Source of the DNA: Candidatus Poribacteria bacterium | Lineage (GTDB): Bacteria > Poribacteria > WGA-4E > PCPOR2b | Assembly (NCBI GenBank): GCA_965218095.1 | Contig: OZ244587.1 | Span: forward strand, 1,504,001-1,568,000 | Direction of reading: 5' to 3' | Length of the DNA: 64,000 nucleotides | Shown here: in pieces, positions 52,602 to 61,087 of the stretch | Position numbering within the stretch: the first letter of the stretch is position 1 | Layout of the letters: each line of letters opens with the position of its first letter | Notes under the pieces: model-generated | Told to the model about the DNA's origin: nothing | Databases searched by the model: none | What the model saw: the letters and a program-made list of their open reading frames with translations, nothing else | Program-made: the position numbers and the translations under genes

Positions 52602-53831
52602 TCAAAACACGACCGGCAGTGATTGGGGGCAACGTAAGACCATGTTTTCCCACCAAACCACGTCCTCGCTTCGAAGACGAATCTCAGGCAATCGATCCAG
52701 TATGGTTTTGACAGCAGTTTGAGCTTCAATGCACGCCAGCGGCGCACCCAGGCAGAAATGAATCCCCCAGCCAAACGCGAGGTGTTTATTGTTCTGTCTG
52801 CCCACATCGAGGCGGTCCGGATCAGGGAACTGGGCCGGGTCCCGGTTGGCCGCGGCGCGAACTATCATAACCGCCTGCCCCTTGTGGATGTGCCGTCCTC
52901 TCATCTCAATATCATCATTTGGCAGGCGGGTGTCAATCTGGATCGGGCTCTCGTAACGGAGAAACTCCTCAATGGCGGTTTCCATTAACGACGGATCACG
53001 CTTGAGCCTTTCTAGTTCACTCCGATTTTGCAGCAGCAATAGCATCCCGTTGGCAATCAGGCCCACCGTGGTCTCATGGCCTGCCACGAACAGGAACACC
53101 AACAAGCCCATCAACTCCTGCTCCGTCAGCCCTTCGTCCTTACCCTCAACAGCTGCCAACGCGCTGAGTAGGTCTTGACGCGGTTCCCGGCGACGCTGCA
53201 ACGTTAGTTCGCGGAACAAGCGGGTCAGTTCCTGCCGGCTCTTTTCGGCTTGATCGGCGACCCTCACGAGAGAAGGACCGACCCCACCCACAAACATTGT
53301 TATATCTTCCGTCCATCTTCTGAACTGTTCCTGGTTCTCCCCAGGAATTCCCAGGATCTCACAAATCACCGTGGCCGGCAGGGGATAGGCAAAATCGTTG
53401 ACCAGATCCATTTGCCCCTTTCTCTCGACCTTGTCGAGCAACGTGTCGACGATCTGCTGAATACGCTCGCGCATATCCTCGGCAAGCTTGGGGGTAAAGT
53501 CCTTCATCACCAGTTTACGCATGCGCGTATGTTTGGGGGGATCGGTAAATCCCAGCCAGTTTGACACGTGTTCGCCCAGTGTGCTGAACTTCGTTCGCTG
53601 CGGCTCAGGCAGGGCACTCATGTTCACCGAAGCCCGGTCCGATGCCATACGTGGGTCGCGACTAGCGGCAAGCACGTCGTCATAGCGGGTGAGCATCCAA
53701 CTGTTGAGCCGCTCATTCCAATGGACGGGGTCCTCCCGCCGAAGCCGATGAAAAAGCGGATACGGGTCTGCCAGTCGGCCGTTGCAAAACCGCTCGTATG
53801 CTTCGAGTGTTTGAAGGTCAGTTGTTGACAT
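52602..53831 (-). CDS. Cytochrome P450
   Basis: DPPKHTRMR, AGHETT, EFLR, FGWGIHFCLG. Confidence 0.95.
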   Translation of the reverse strand: MSTTDLQTLEAYERFCNGRLADPYPLFHRLRREDPVHWNERLNSWMLTRYDDVLAASRDPRMASDRASVNMSALPEPQRTKFSTLGEHVSNWLGFTDPPKHTRMRKLVMKDFTPKLAEDMRERIQQIVDTLLDKVERKGQMDLVNDFAYPLPATVICEILGIPGENQEQFRRWTEDITMFVGGVGPSLVRVADQAEKSRQELTRLFRELTLQRRREPRQDLLSALAAVEGKDEGLTEQELMGLLVFLFVAGHETTVGLIANGMLLLLQNRSELERLKRDPSLMETAIEEFLRYESPIQIDTRLPNDDIEMRGRHIHKGQAVMIVRAAANRDPAQFPDPDRLDVGRQNNKHLAFGWGIHFCLGAPLACIEAQTAVKTILDRLPEIRLRSEDVVWWENMVLRCPQSLPVVF

Positions 53832-53921
53832 TGGCTGTTCCTTTCTTCTTTCAATTCTTAACGATTACATCAACTAACAAATCCAAAGGCACGAAAATCA
53901 TCTCATCAAAGCAAAAGATGC

Positions 53922-54680
53922 CTATTGCTGGAGCGATAACCCGCCGTCGATCCGGAGAACGGCGCCGGTGATGTAGTCGGCTGCATCGGAGCAGAGGAAA
54001 GTGGCAGCCCGGCCGATGTCTTCTATGGTACCCAGCCGGCCCCAGGGCAGCTTATTGCCCCCTTCTCGGATTTCCTCCTCGGTAGCATATTGCCGTTCGC
54101 CGGGAGTGTCAGTCCATCCGGGTTGGATGGCATTGACGCGGATACGATCGGCAGTGAGCTCGTTAGCGATGGTGGCCGCCATGTGGTTGATGCCGGCCTT
54201 GGCTGTGTTGTAGGCGAGGGAGGTTGGAAAGGGGATGAAGGCATAGAGGGAACTGATGAAGACCATGCTGCCTCCTCGCCCTTGGGCGACCATCTGGCGG
54301 GCGGATGCCTGGGCAGCGTGGAAGGTCCCCCATAGGGTGACGTCCAAGGTGCGCTGCATCTCTTCGATGGACATCTCCAGAAATGGCTCCCGCTTGCTGT
54401 AGTAGGCATTGCAGACGAGGATGTCGAGGTGGCCGAAGCGTTCAATGGTTGCCGCCACCATCCGGTCCACGGCTGAACGATTGGAAACGTCGGCCTGGAC
54501 GACCAGAGCCTGCCGATGCAGGGCGCGAATTTCCTCTGCTACTGCCTCTGCCTCTTCTGCGTGGCTTCGGTAGTTGACGGTAATGTCTGCACCGGCACGT
54601 GCCATTTCGAGCGCACACCCCCGCCCGATACCGCGGGAGGAACCGGTGATGAGGGCCACTTTGCCTTTCAGATTGACCAT
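53922..54680 (-). CDS. Short-chain dehydrogenase/reductase
   Basis: TGSSRGIG, YNTAK, PGWTDTPGE. Confidence 0.93.
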   Translation of the reverse strand: MVNLKGKVALITGSSRGIGRGCALEMARAGADITVNYRSHAEEAEAVAEEIRALHRQALVVQADVSNRSAVDRMVAATIERFGHLDILVCNAYYSKREPFLEMSIEEMQRTLDVTLWGTFHAAQASARQMVAQGRGGSMVFISSLYAFIPFPTSLAYNTAKAGINHMAATIANELTADRIRVNAIQPGWTDTPGERQYATEEEIREGGNKLPWGRLGTIEDIGRAATFLCSDAADYITGAVLRIDGGLSLQQ

Positions 54681-54808
54681 GATTTTCCTCGCTTTCTAAC
54701 ATATGAGCCGGTACTCCGACGGAATTAATCCGTCTAAAGGCTCAATATCCAGAGAACAATTCACACCAAGCGTTTAACTTCCCTGAAAAATAAACTATCT
54801 CTTTATTT

Positions 54809-56032
54809 TCACAGTGAGGAATTGGTATTATAGAACCACTCCAAGGGGTAGATGCGCAGAATTTGCTCCTGCTTATTCAGGTTCTGTTCCGCGACGCCCA
54901 AGAGGAGACTTCCACGGAGATACATCAGGTATACTTTATCTCCCGCAAAGCGTACGTTGGCATAGTGAAAGTAAGCCCATCCTTCGGGCAGTTGGCCCAC
55001 ATCATCACAGGCACGAACCATCTTAATCAGATACTCTGGAGGGATATACTCGACCTCTGATAGTCCCTCGCTGACCTCAATGGTCTTAAAATGTTCCCAA
55101 GTCTCCCCGTTGTTTTGGGAGATTGCCACTGAGAGTCGCCCTCGCCGGTAGCCTCGATGTATTTCTTCCTTCGACACCTGATTCCACACACACATCAAGT
55201 CGCCGGTCTTGGGGATACGTCTCAACCGGGGTGGAGAGATGGAGTTCGCCAATTCTGTGGGCAGCACCGGCGACCAACTTTCGCCCCCATCGCTACTGTA
55301 GCTGTAGACAACCCGGTTCACCAAGGGGCGACCGAAGAGCAAAACGCGTCCATCTTTGGTTTCGGCTGCAGTGACTTCACCAAAACCGGTTACTCCTCGG
55401 TGCCCATCTGGAATGCCTTCTTCGTTGAACCAACCCATGAGGGCGTTAGGACGGCCAAAATTCCCTTCAGTTAGACGCCACGTCTTCCCTTCGTTGTCGG
55501 AGATGGCGATGTAGGTGACATAAATCTCGGGCACATGGCCGTGTCCTTCTACTTCAATGCACTCGCCTTTCCAAGTACCACAGGATAAAACCTCTTTGTA
55601 CTTCAACTCAGGGTGCATTCCCGAGAAGCTGACATAAGCGGGGTAGAGTAAACGCCCACTGTTGAGTTGAATCATCTCATCACCGAAATGATAAGGGCCG
55701 CCTACCATCTTAGGAAAGACCTCCACCGCTTCGCTCCAAGTCTTCCCCTCATCTTGGGACAGGCGAATATGGGAGCCGCTCGCTAAGGCCAATGCTCCAG
55801 ACTTGAGGCGCACCAGGCCGTTACCCGACATCCCCTCGCCCAAGGACTGAGGTTCGCTCTAGGTCACACCCCCATCGGTTGAGACGCGGCCATTGTTCGC
55901 CAACAGAGAGCCATCTTTCCGCTCCACCAGGGTGTTTATACCCAAGCCTACCACCTCAATCACGCCCCCCGGAGGCGGCTTGCAGAAGATTTCACCCTGG
56001 CCCTCCTGTGGTTTGCTAATCGGTGCAGACAT
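54809..56032 (-). pseudogene. Sialidase/BNR-repeat protein with one in-frame TAG
   Basis: Asp-boxes SQDEGKTW, SDNEGKTW, SSDGGESW, SQNNGETW; TAG at 55859-55861 replaces Trp of STDGGVT(W); GGAGG RBS before ATG 56032. Confidence 0.85.
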
Positions 56033-56107
56033 ACGACTTCAACCTCCTTTTCCGTTCTACAATCTGCGAATTTGCGATTGGAAGATTCTATTGGTTTTTA
56101 TTCCATA

Positions 56108-56252
56108 CAGGACTTACGCAATTGAATCGGATGATTAGACCGCCAACTGCCTGTGCATCTTGTATCGGATTCAGAGCCTGCCCCGATCCATTGGGGATTC
56201 AAGATGCACAGACGGTCAAATCGCAGTCTGCACATCGGCTGCGTAAGTCCTA
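56108..56252. mobile_element. MITE with IS701-like ends
   Basis: CAGGACTTACGCA / TGCGTAAGTCCTA; 5-bp TSD CCATA. Confidence 0.8.
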
Positions 56253-56266
56253 CCATACCTATTCGC

Positions 56267-56506
56267 CTATTCGCTGTACACACTTCTTGCAATGAAACGA
56301 ACGCCCTCGGCATCGTGGAAATAGTAGCGAGGTAGAGGCATGTCCATCTTCGTCGGTTCGTGAAAAGTGTGTCCGTTATCGTCAGAGCGAGTGAAGTAAA
56401 TCCCATCCATCACCGCAAAGCCGAGGGAGGTACGGTCACGCAAGTCCAGAACACGGTGCTTCTTTTCCAACTCCCGCACTTTGGCTTCTTCAGCGGGTGG
56501 GAACAT
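56267..56506 (-). pseudogene. Fragment of a second BNR/Asp-box protein
   Basis: YFTRSDDNGHTF Asp-box; no clear start. Confidence 0.45.
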
Positions 56507-56553
56507 CAGCCAACAGTGTGATCGAACAATTAGAAATCATTAATGCGCGACGC

Positions 56554-57366
56554 CTACCAGTGTGGCTTGAGCAGATGCATCAGGTTGCGATAGGCAGAAA
56601 TTGCAGCCTGGTCCACCTCGGGGATGGGGGGCCAGCCCCGATCGTCGAACTCGATCTCAACGCTCAAGGGACCGCGGTAGCCCCCGTCATCCAGAATGTT
56701 TAACACTCTCTCAAAATCAATCTCGCCCATCCCTATAGGTGGAAAGTTCCATACGCCTTTCCCGTCGATCTTATCCTTTAGATGAATATGCACCATCTCG
56801 GGCACAGCAACCTGCAAGTCTTCGTAGGGCAAAGTATCGCCGAAATACACGCAGTTAGCCGTATCATAGTTGATCTTCACATTGGGATGGTTGACCTTAC
56901 GAATCGTATCCAAAATGAGTCTGCCGTTGGCGGTGTGGTCGCCATGCACCTCAAGCCCGAGCGTCACACCTGCTTGCCTGGCATGCTCCGCCACCTCATT
57001 GATATTTGCCATAAACATGGACATATCTTCTTGATGGCTGGACCCGCCGATTGTGTTAACGACGATTCGCGCACCAAGCTTCGGCGCGAGGCTGATGGCC
57101 TTTTTTGCGAGCTCAGCGCCGGTTTTCGTCATCAGACCGGTGTTTGAGTTCATACCCGAGGCCTTGAGATTGTACTGGTCAAGCTTTGCCAGTAAGTCCT
57201 CGACTCCGGTGTCATCCATGTCGAGGGAAACGTGCTCAATCATACCTGGACAGGCTGCCAGTTCAACGTACTGGAACCCAGCCCCACTGATGCCTTTCAA
57301 TGCATCCTCCAGGCTATAATGATGGTAAGACACCGTGCCCATAGCAACAATCTTCGATAAACTCAC
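56554..57366 (-). CDS. Sugar phosphate isomerase/epimerase (xylose isomerase-like TIM barrel)
   Basis: LEVH, NYDTAN, HIHLKD, GEIDF, LSVEIE; GGAGG RBS. Confidence 0.9.
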   Translation of the reverse strand: MSLSKIVAMGTVSYHHYSLEDALKGISGAGFQYVELAACPGMIEHVSLDMDDTGVEDLLAKLDQYNLKASGMNSNTGLMTKTGAELAKKAISLAPKLGARIVVNTIGGSSHQEDMSMFMANINEVAEHARQAGVTLGLEVHGDHTANGRLILDTIRKVNHPNVKINYDTANCVYFGDTLPYEDLQVAVPEMVHIHLKDKIDGKGVWNFPPIGMGEIDFERVLNILDDGGYRGPLSVEIEFDDRGWPPIPEVDQAAISAYRNLMHLLKPHW

Positions 57367-57486
57367 GGTTTACCTCCTTTCCCTGCACTCAATTTTGGTA
57401 TCTTCGGTTCGCTTAATCTCTTGGATAGCTTCAACTTGCATTCTTCAAATATTTCCTCTTTTTCAATGATGATGGTTTCTTTTGGC

Positions 57487-57558
57487 GCCGAACGATCAAG
57501 CTCACCGGCGGCAATGGAGCGCAACGGAATTGCCGCCCGGTGCAGCGTTTTGTTAGCC
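57487..57558 (-). other. Integron attC site (72 bp)
   Basis: Minus strand GGCTAAC-AAAACGCTGCACCGGGCGGCAAT-TCCGTTGCGCTCC-ATTGCCGCCGGTGAGCTTGATC-GTTCGGC: inverse core, imperfect palindrome, core; 7 bp after the TPR gene stop. Confidence 0.85.
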
Positions 57559-58538
57559 ATTTGTATCACCGTTTTATCGCATCAATCTGAGCGGCACGCT
57601 TCTCTAGTTTTTTAGCTTTTTCGCTACGGTCCGTTGCTCTATAGAGTTCTGCAAGATTGTTGAGGCTTGTCGCCACATCGGGGTGGTCGTAGCCGAGTGC
57701 TTTTTCGTGTATTGAGAGGGAACGCTTGAGGAGTGGTTCGGCTTTGGCGTAATTGCCTTGGGTTTTATAGAGGAATGCAAGATTGTTGAGGCTTATAGCC
57801 ACATCGGGGTGGTCGGAGCCGAGTGCTTTTTCCCTTATTGAGAGGGAACGTTTGTAGAGCGGTTCGGCTTTGGCGTAATTGCCTTGGGTGTAATAGAGTG
57901 ATGCAAGATTGTTCAGGCTTGTCGCCACATTGGGATGGTCGGGACCGAGTGCTTTTTCGTGTATTGAGAGTGCACGCTTGAGGAGCGGTTCGGCTTTGGC
58001 GTAATTGCCTTGGGTTTTATAGAGTGATGCAAGATTGTTCAGGCTTGTCGCTACATCGGGGTGGTCGGAGCCGAGTGCTTTTTCCCAGATTGAGAGGGAA
58101 CGCTTGAGGAGTGGTTCGGCTTTGGTGTAATTGCCTTGGGTGTAATAGAGTAATGCAAGATTGTTCAGGCTTGTCGCCACATTGGGGTGGTTGGGACCGA
58201 GTGCTTTTTCCCTTATTGAGAGGGCACGCTTGTAGAGCGGTTCGGCTTTGGCGTAATTGCCTTGGGTTTTATAGAGTGATGCAAGAATGTTCAGGCTTGT
58301 CGCCACATCGGGGTGGTCGGGACCGACATTATTCTCAGCGACTTTGTAAGCTTCTTGAGCAACAATAACAGCACGCTCATATTTGCCTGCACGATAGAGT
58401 TTAACAGCTTCTTGGTTCAGAATATCCCATTCTATGCCAGCTCCCTGTGCAAATACATTTAATGCTCCAAGTTGTAAGAGCGAAAAAATCACTGTAACTA
58501 ATTTTACAATTTTCATATTTATATCCTTGTATGGCTAA
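57493..58538 (-). mobile_element. Integron gene cassette carrying the TPR gene
   Basis: 5' core G/TTAGCC at 58539-58533 is the exact complement of the attC inverse core GGCTAAC. Confidence 0.8.
57566..58516 (-). CDS. Secreted tetratricopeptide repeat protein (kinesin light chain-type 42-aa repeats)
   Basis: Signal peptide ending VFA; five full plus flanking partial HP(D/N)VATSLNNLA..Y..QG.Y..AEPL repeats. Confidence 0.93.
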   Translation of the reverse strand: MKIVKLVTVIFSLLQLGALNVFAQGAGIEWDILNQEAVKLYRAGKYERAVIVAQEAYKVAENNVGPDHPDVATSLNILASLYKTQGNYAKAEPLYKRALSIREKALGPNHPNVATSLNNLALLYYTQGNYTKAEPLLKRSLSIWEKALGSDHPDVATSLNNLASLYKTQGNYAKAEPLLKRALSIHEKALGPDHPNVATSLNNLASLYYTQGNYAKAEPLYKRSLSIREKALGSDHPDVAISLNNLAFLYKTQGNYAKAEPLLKRSLSIHEKALGYDHPDVATSLNNLAELYRATDRSEKAKKLEKRAAQIDAIKR

Positions 58539-58567
58539 CATAATATTAGCCAACACTTCTGTGCTTA

Positions 58568-58836
58568 GAACCTGTTTTAAAAACCCAAGTTGCTACTTGA
58601 AAAACACCGTTGAGAAATGCTCGGAAGTTGCATACTTTTCATACTTTTCCGAGGAAACGGGAGAATTTGATAGAGACAAAAAAGGGTGAGAACTCACGCT
58701 AGGACTCATTTTTGGGCGGTTTGCACAGGAAGGGTACTCGGAAAAGTACTCAGAAACCCAAGTTGCCACCTTAATCAGTTTTCAATATTAAATTTACACT
58801 ACTTTCATAGGAGAAGATGACTTTTCAAACAGGCTC
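58568..58836. mobile_element. MITE with IS5/IS1031-like ends
   Basis: GAACCTGTTTTAAAA / TTTTCAAACAGGCTC imperfect IR; TTA on both sides. Confidence 0.7.
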
Positions 58837-58856
58837 TTATCGGTATACAAGTATTT
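58836..58856 (+). repeat. 21-bp direct repeat, right copy
   Basis: CTTATCGGTATACAAGTATTT, identical at 51407-51427. Confidence 0.85.
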
Positions 58857-58867
58857 ATCGTTAGAGC

Positions 58868-59653
58868 CTAATCTTTCACGCGGTGCCATCGCAGCACCTG
58901 TCGGGCGTGTTCTGACAGGCTCTCCCAAAGATCTCGGGGGAAGTGCTTCTCGGTGTACTCATGCTGCCACCGGCTGAAGAGCCAGGGGCGACAAAACCCC
59001 ATACACAGTTCGTCACGCGGCTGATCTGACCGATTGGGGGTGCCGCGATGGAAGGGGCGCCCATCCTGCACCGAGAGCGAGCCTTTTTGGAGGTTGAGCC
59101 GAATGGGATAATACCGGCCGCGGCGGTTGGCCCCAGCGCCAAAGACGGTATCCAAATCAGTGAGTAAGTCCTTGTCGGCGATATATTGTGTACATGGAAT
59201 TATTTCGGTACTACCATTCTCTTCGCTCGTGTCAACCAGTGGAAATTTCACTCCTACGGCATAGGCCGGCGTTGGTACACCCGGGAACAGCGCGGCGCCG
59301 TCGTCCCGATGCCATTTCTGATAGTCCGTTCCCGGCAGTGGGATGTTTGAGTCAAAGTGTGACCAGATGTAGTCCGGTCCCAGCACTCGTTCAAAGAACT
59401 CGACCAGGGCAGGGTGCTCGAAGATCCCCGGATCGACAAACGGTTGCTCGAATGGCACCCGGACGTTATAGCGAAGACGGCCGCGGCTCGGATACTCCCC
59501 CTGCCGCTCGATGTCGCGGTCTCGAATCGGTATCCAGACCTCGCGAATCCGGTCAATCGTCTCCAACGGGATGAGGTCTTCAAAGACAACGAACCCGTTA
59601 ATCCGCCATTCCTGCATAAGTTGGTCAATGTCATACTTCGTAGCAAGACTCAT
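58868..59653 (-). CDS. PhyH family Fe(II)/2OG dioxygenase, paralog of 50576-51397
   Basis: NGFVVFEDLIP.ETIDRIRE, QKWHRD, GVKFPLVDT.EENGS, FHRGTPNR. Confidence 0.9.
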   Translation of the reverse strand: MSLATKYDIDQLMQEWRINGFVVFEDLIPLETIDRIREVWIPIRDRDIERQGEYPSRGRLRYNVRVPFEQPFVDPGIFEHPALVEFFERVLGPDYIWSHFDSNIPLPGTDYQKWHRDDGAALFPGVPTPAYAVGVKFPLVDTSEENGSTEIIPCTQYIADKDLLTDLDTVFGAGANRRGRYYPIRLNLQKGSLSVQDGRPFHRGTPNRSDQPRDELCMGFCRPWLFSRWQHEYTEKHFPRDLWESLSEHARQVLRWHRVKD

Positions 59654-59733
59654 AAAGATGCTCCTTTCTTCTTATTGAACGCTTACAAATTCAGGAAACA
59701 TGCGATAGAACCCGACGAGGCGCCTGGGTCAGG

Positions 59734-59915
59734 TTCAACGCTTTTTCACCACAACAACAATCATATCGTCATATTGTTCGGCTGAACCCACAAAATCAGT
59801 GGTATCACCCAAAAGGGTTTCAAGGATTCTCTCTGCATTCATCGTTGAATCGATGTGCATTACGGCGTGTTGAAGCCGTTCGGCCCCATACATCAGGACA
59901 AAATAGATGCCAAAG
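59734..59915 (-). pseudogene. C-terminal remnant of SpoIIE/PP2C-type phosphatase
   Basis: MYGAERL...FVGSAEQYDDMIVVVVK. Confidence 0.5.
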
Positions 59916-60435
59916 TTTATAAGCTATCAAACCAAAATTTAACCATTTTTTAAGCGTGGGGAATTTCCAGATTTTTAGAAAATCTGTTGACTTCTACTGA
60001 CCTTTCGCATTATTTCGGAACAATTTTTCTAATTTTTAGATTCAGTCGTAGCAGGAGTTCCCTCCCGATTCGATGGATTGCCACATCACCGCAAAGGTCG
60101 TGTTTCTCAAGTGAAACGGCTGATTATTAGATCCGTGCTACGTGCGGGTTCGGACTCCGAAATTAAAAAAACTTCCTCGGGATTACGCGAAAGGTAAGAA
60201 CAACTTTGCTTCCTAAAATTCATGCATGCCACCAATCTATTGACTGGAGGTTTTTGACGCTGCATCAAAAACAGGGAATCGATAAAGCGACACGTCAAAT
60301 CCGTGAGCAGCTCAGGCACCACTGGAAGGGCGAGTTCCTTCACTGTTTAAGCCTTCAGAAGTTTTGCGCATGGTTTGAATCGAAACGATCCTGCGGAAAA
60401 CTTCCGAAGTCTGGATTCGCTGCAAATGGTATGAT

Positions 60436-60800
60436 TTAGACGCTCACCACCCGGTCTACACCGACTGCCAGATCGGCGAAGTCCTTGGAGGTGATAAACT
60501 TAGCGTTCTTGCCCTGCAAATCTTCGTCTGAGACCCCACGGACCCTGCTGCAGAGTCCTCAGACATAAATGAGCACACCGTGGTCAATGAGCTGAGTCAG
60601 CAGATTCTTAAGAGGTGGCAAGCCTACTACCGCGAAAACCTGCTCGGCGACAACGTCTTTCATCAGATAGGCCGCTTAGCCTAGCAGGGAATTTGTAGTT
60701 GATGACCAGCCTCTATCGCCCCCTGCGCTGCCACGAAAGAGATGGTAGCCCGAGTAGGGTCGTCAGAACCAAAGGTATCGGCGTAGAGTGTCATAGACAT
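60436..60800 (-). pseudogene. DsrE-family protein with TGA in CxxC position (UGLC), plus frameshift and TAA
   Basis: TFGSDDPTRATISF, AYLMKD, IYV-TGA-GLC..RG; AAGGAGG RBS. Confidence 0.75.
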
Positions 60801-61087
60801 GAGAAACCTCCTTAAGGCGCGAAGACAATTTACGGTTAGGATGGTAGCGATTAGCTTCATACGGCTGCGCCGACTCCATTGACCGGATTTGAATCCCGAT
60901 CGCTACCCGTTGCCCATACGACTTCTTGCGCTTACGTTCGTGTAGATAGCGATATCTGGCTTCGTGCTCTCCACAATAGCAAATAGTTCCCCTTGATGGG
61001 GGGTCACGAATTTTCTATGAAAAAAGCCTGCATCACTGAGATGCGGGCCAAATCAAAACAATCGGTGCGCGTTACAATACGCCCCGA

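Noticed and set aside
231-55861. Genome-wide TAG reassignment or pyrrolysine, suggested by several in-frame TAGs
   Set aside because: Intact genes end in TAG, and the in-frame TAGs fall at positions expecting different residues (Trp in IS701 and the Asp-box), which fits ordinary transitions
57363-57569. 68-aa ORF bridging TPR and epimerase genes
   Set aside because: It is the translation of the attC site and a downstream remnant
57600-58330. 126-bp periodic DNA repeats as a possible CRISPR array
   Set aside because: Coding TPR repeats with no unique spacers; no cas genes in the window
60840-60910. GGTAGCGAT...ATCGCTACC hairpin upstream of the DsrE pseudogene as attC or tRNA
   Set aside because: Lacks correctly placed core/inverse-core boxes and a cloverleaf
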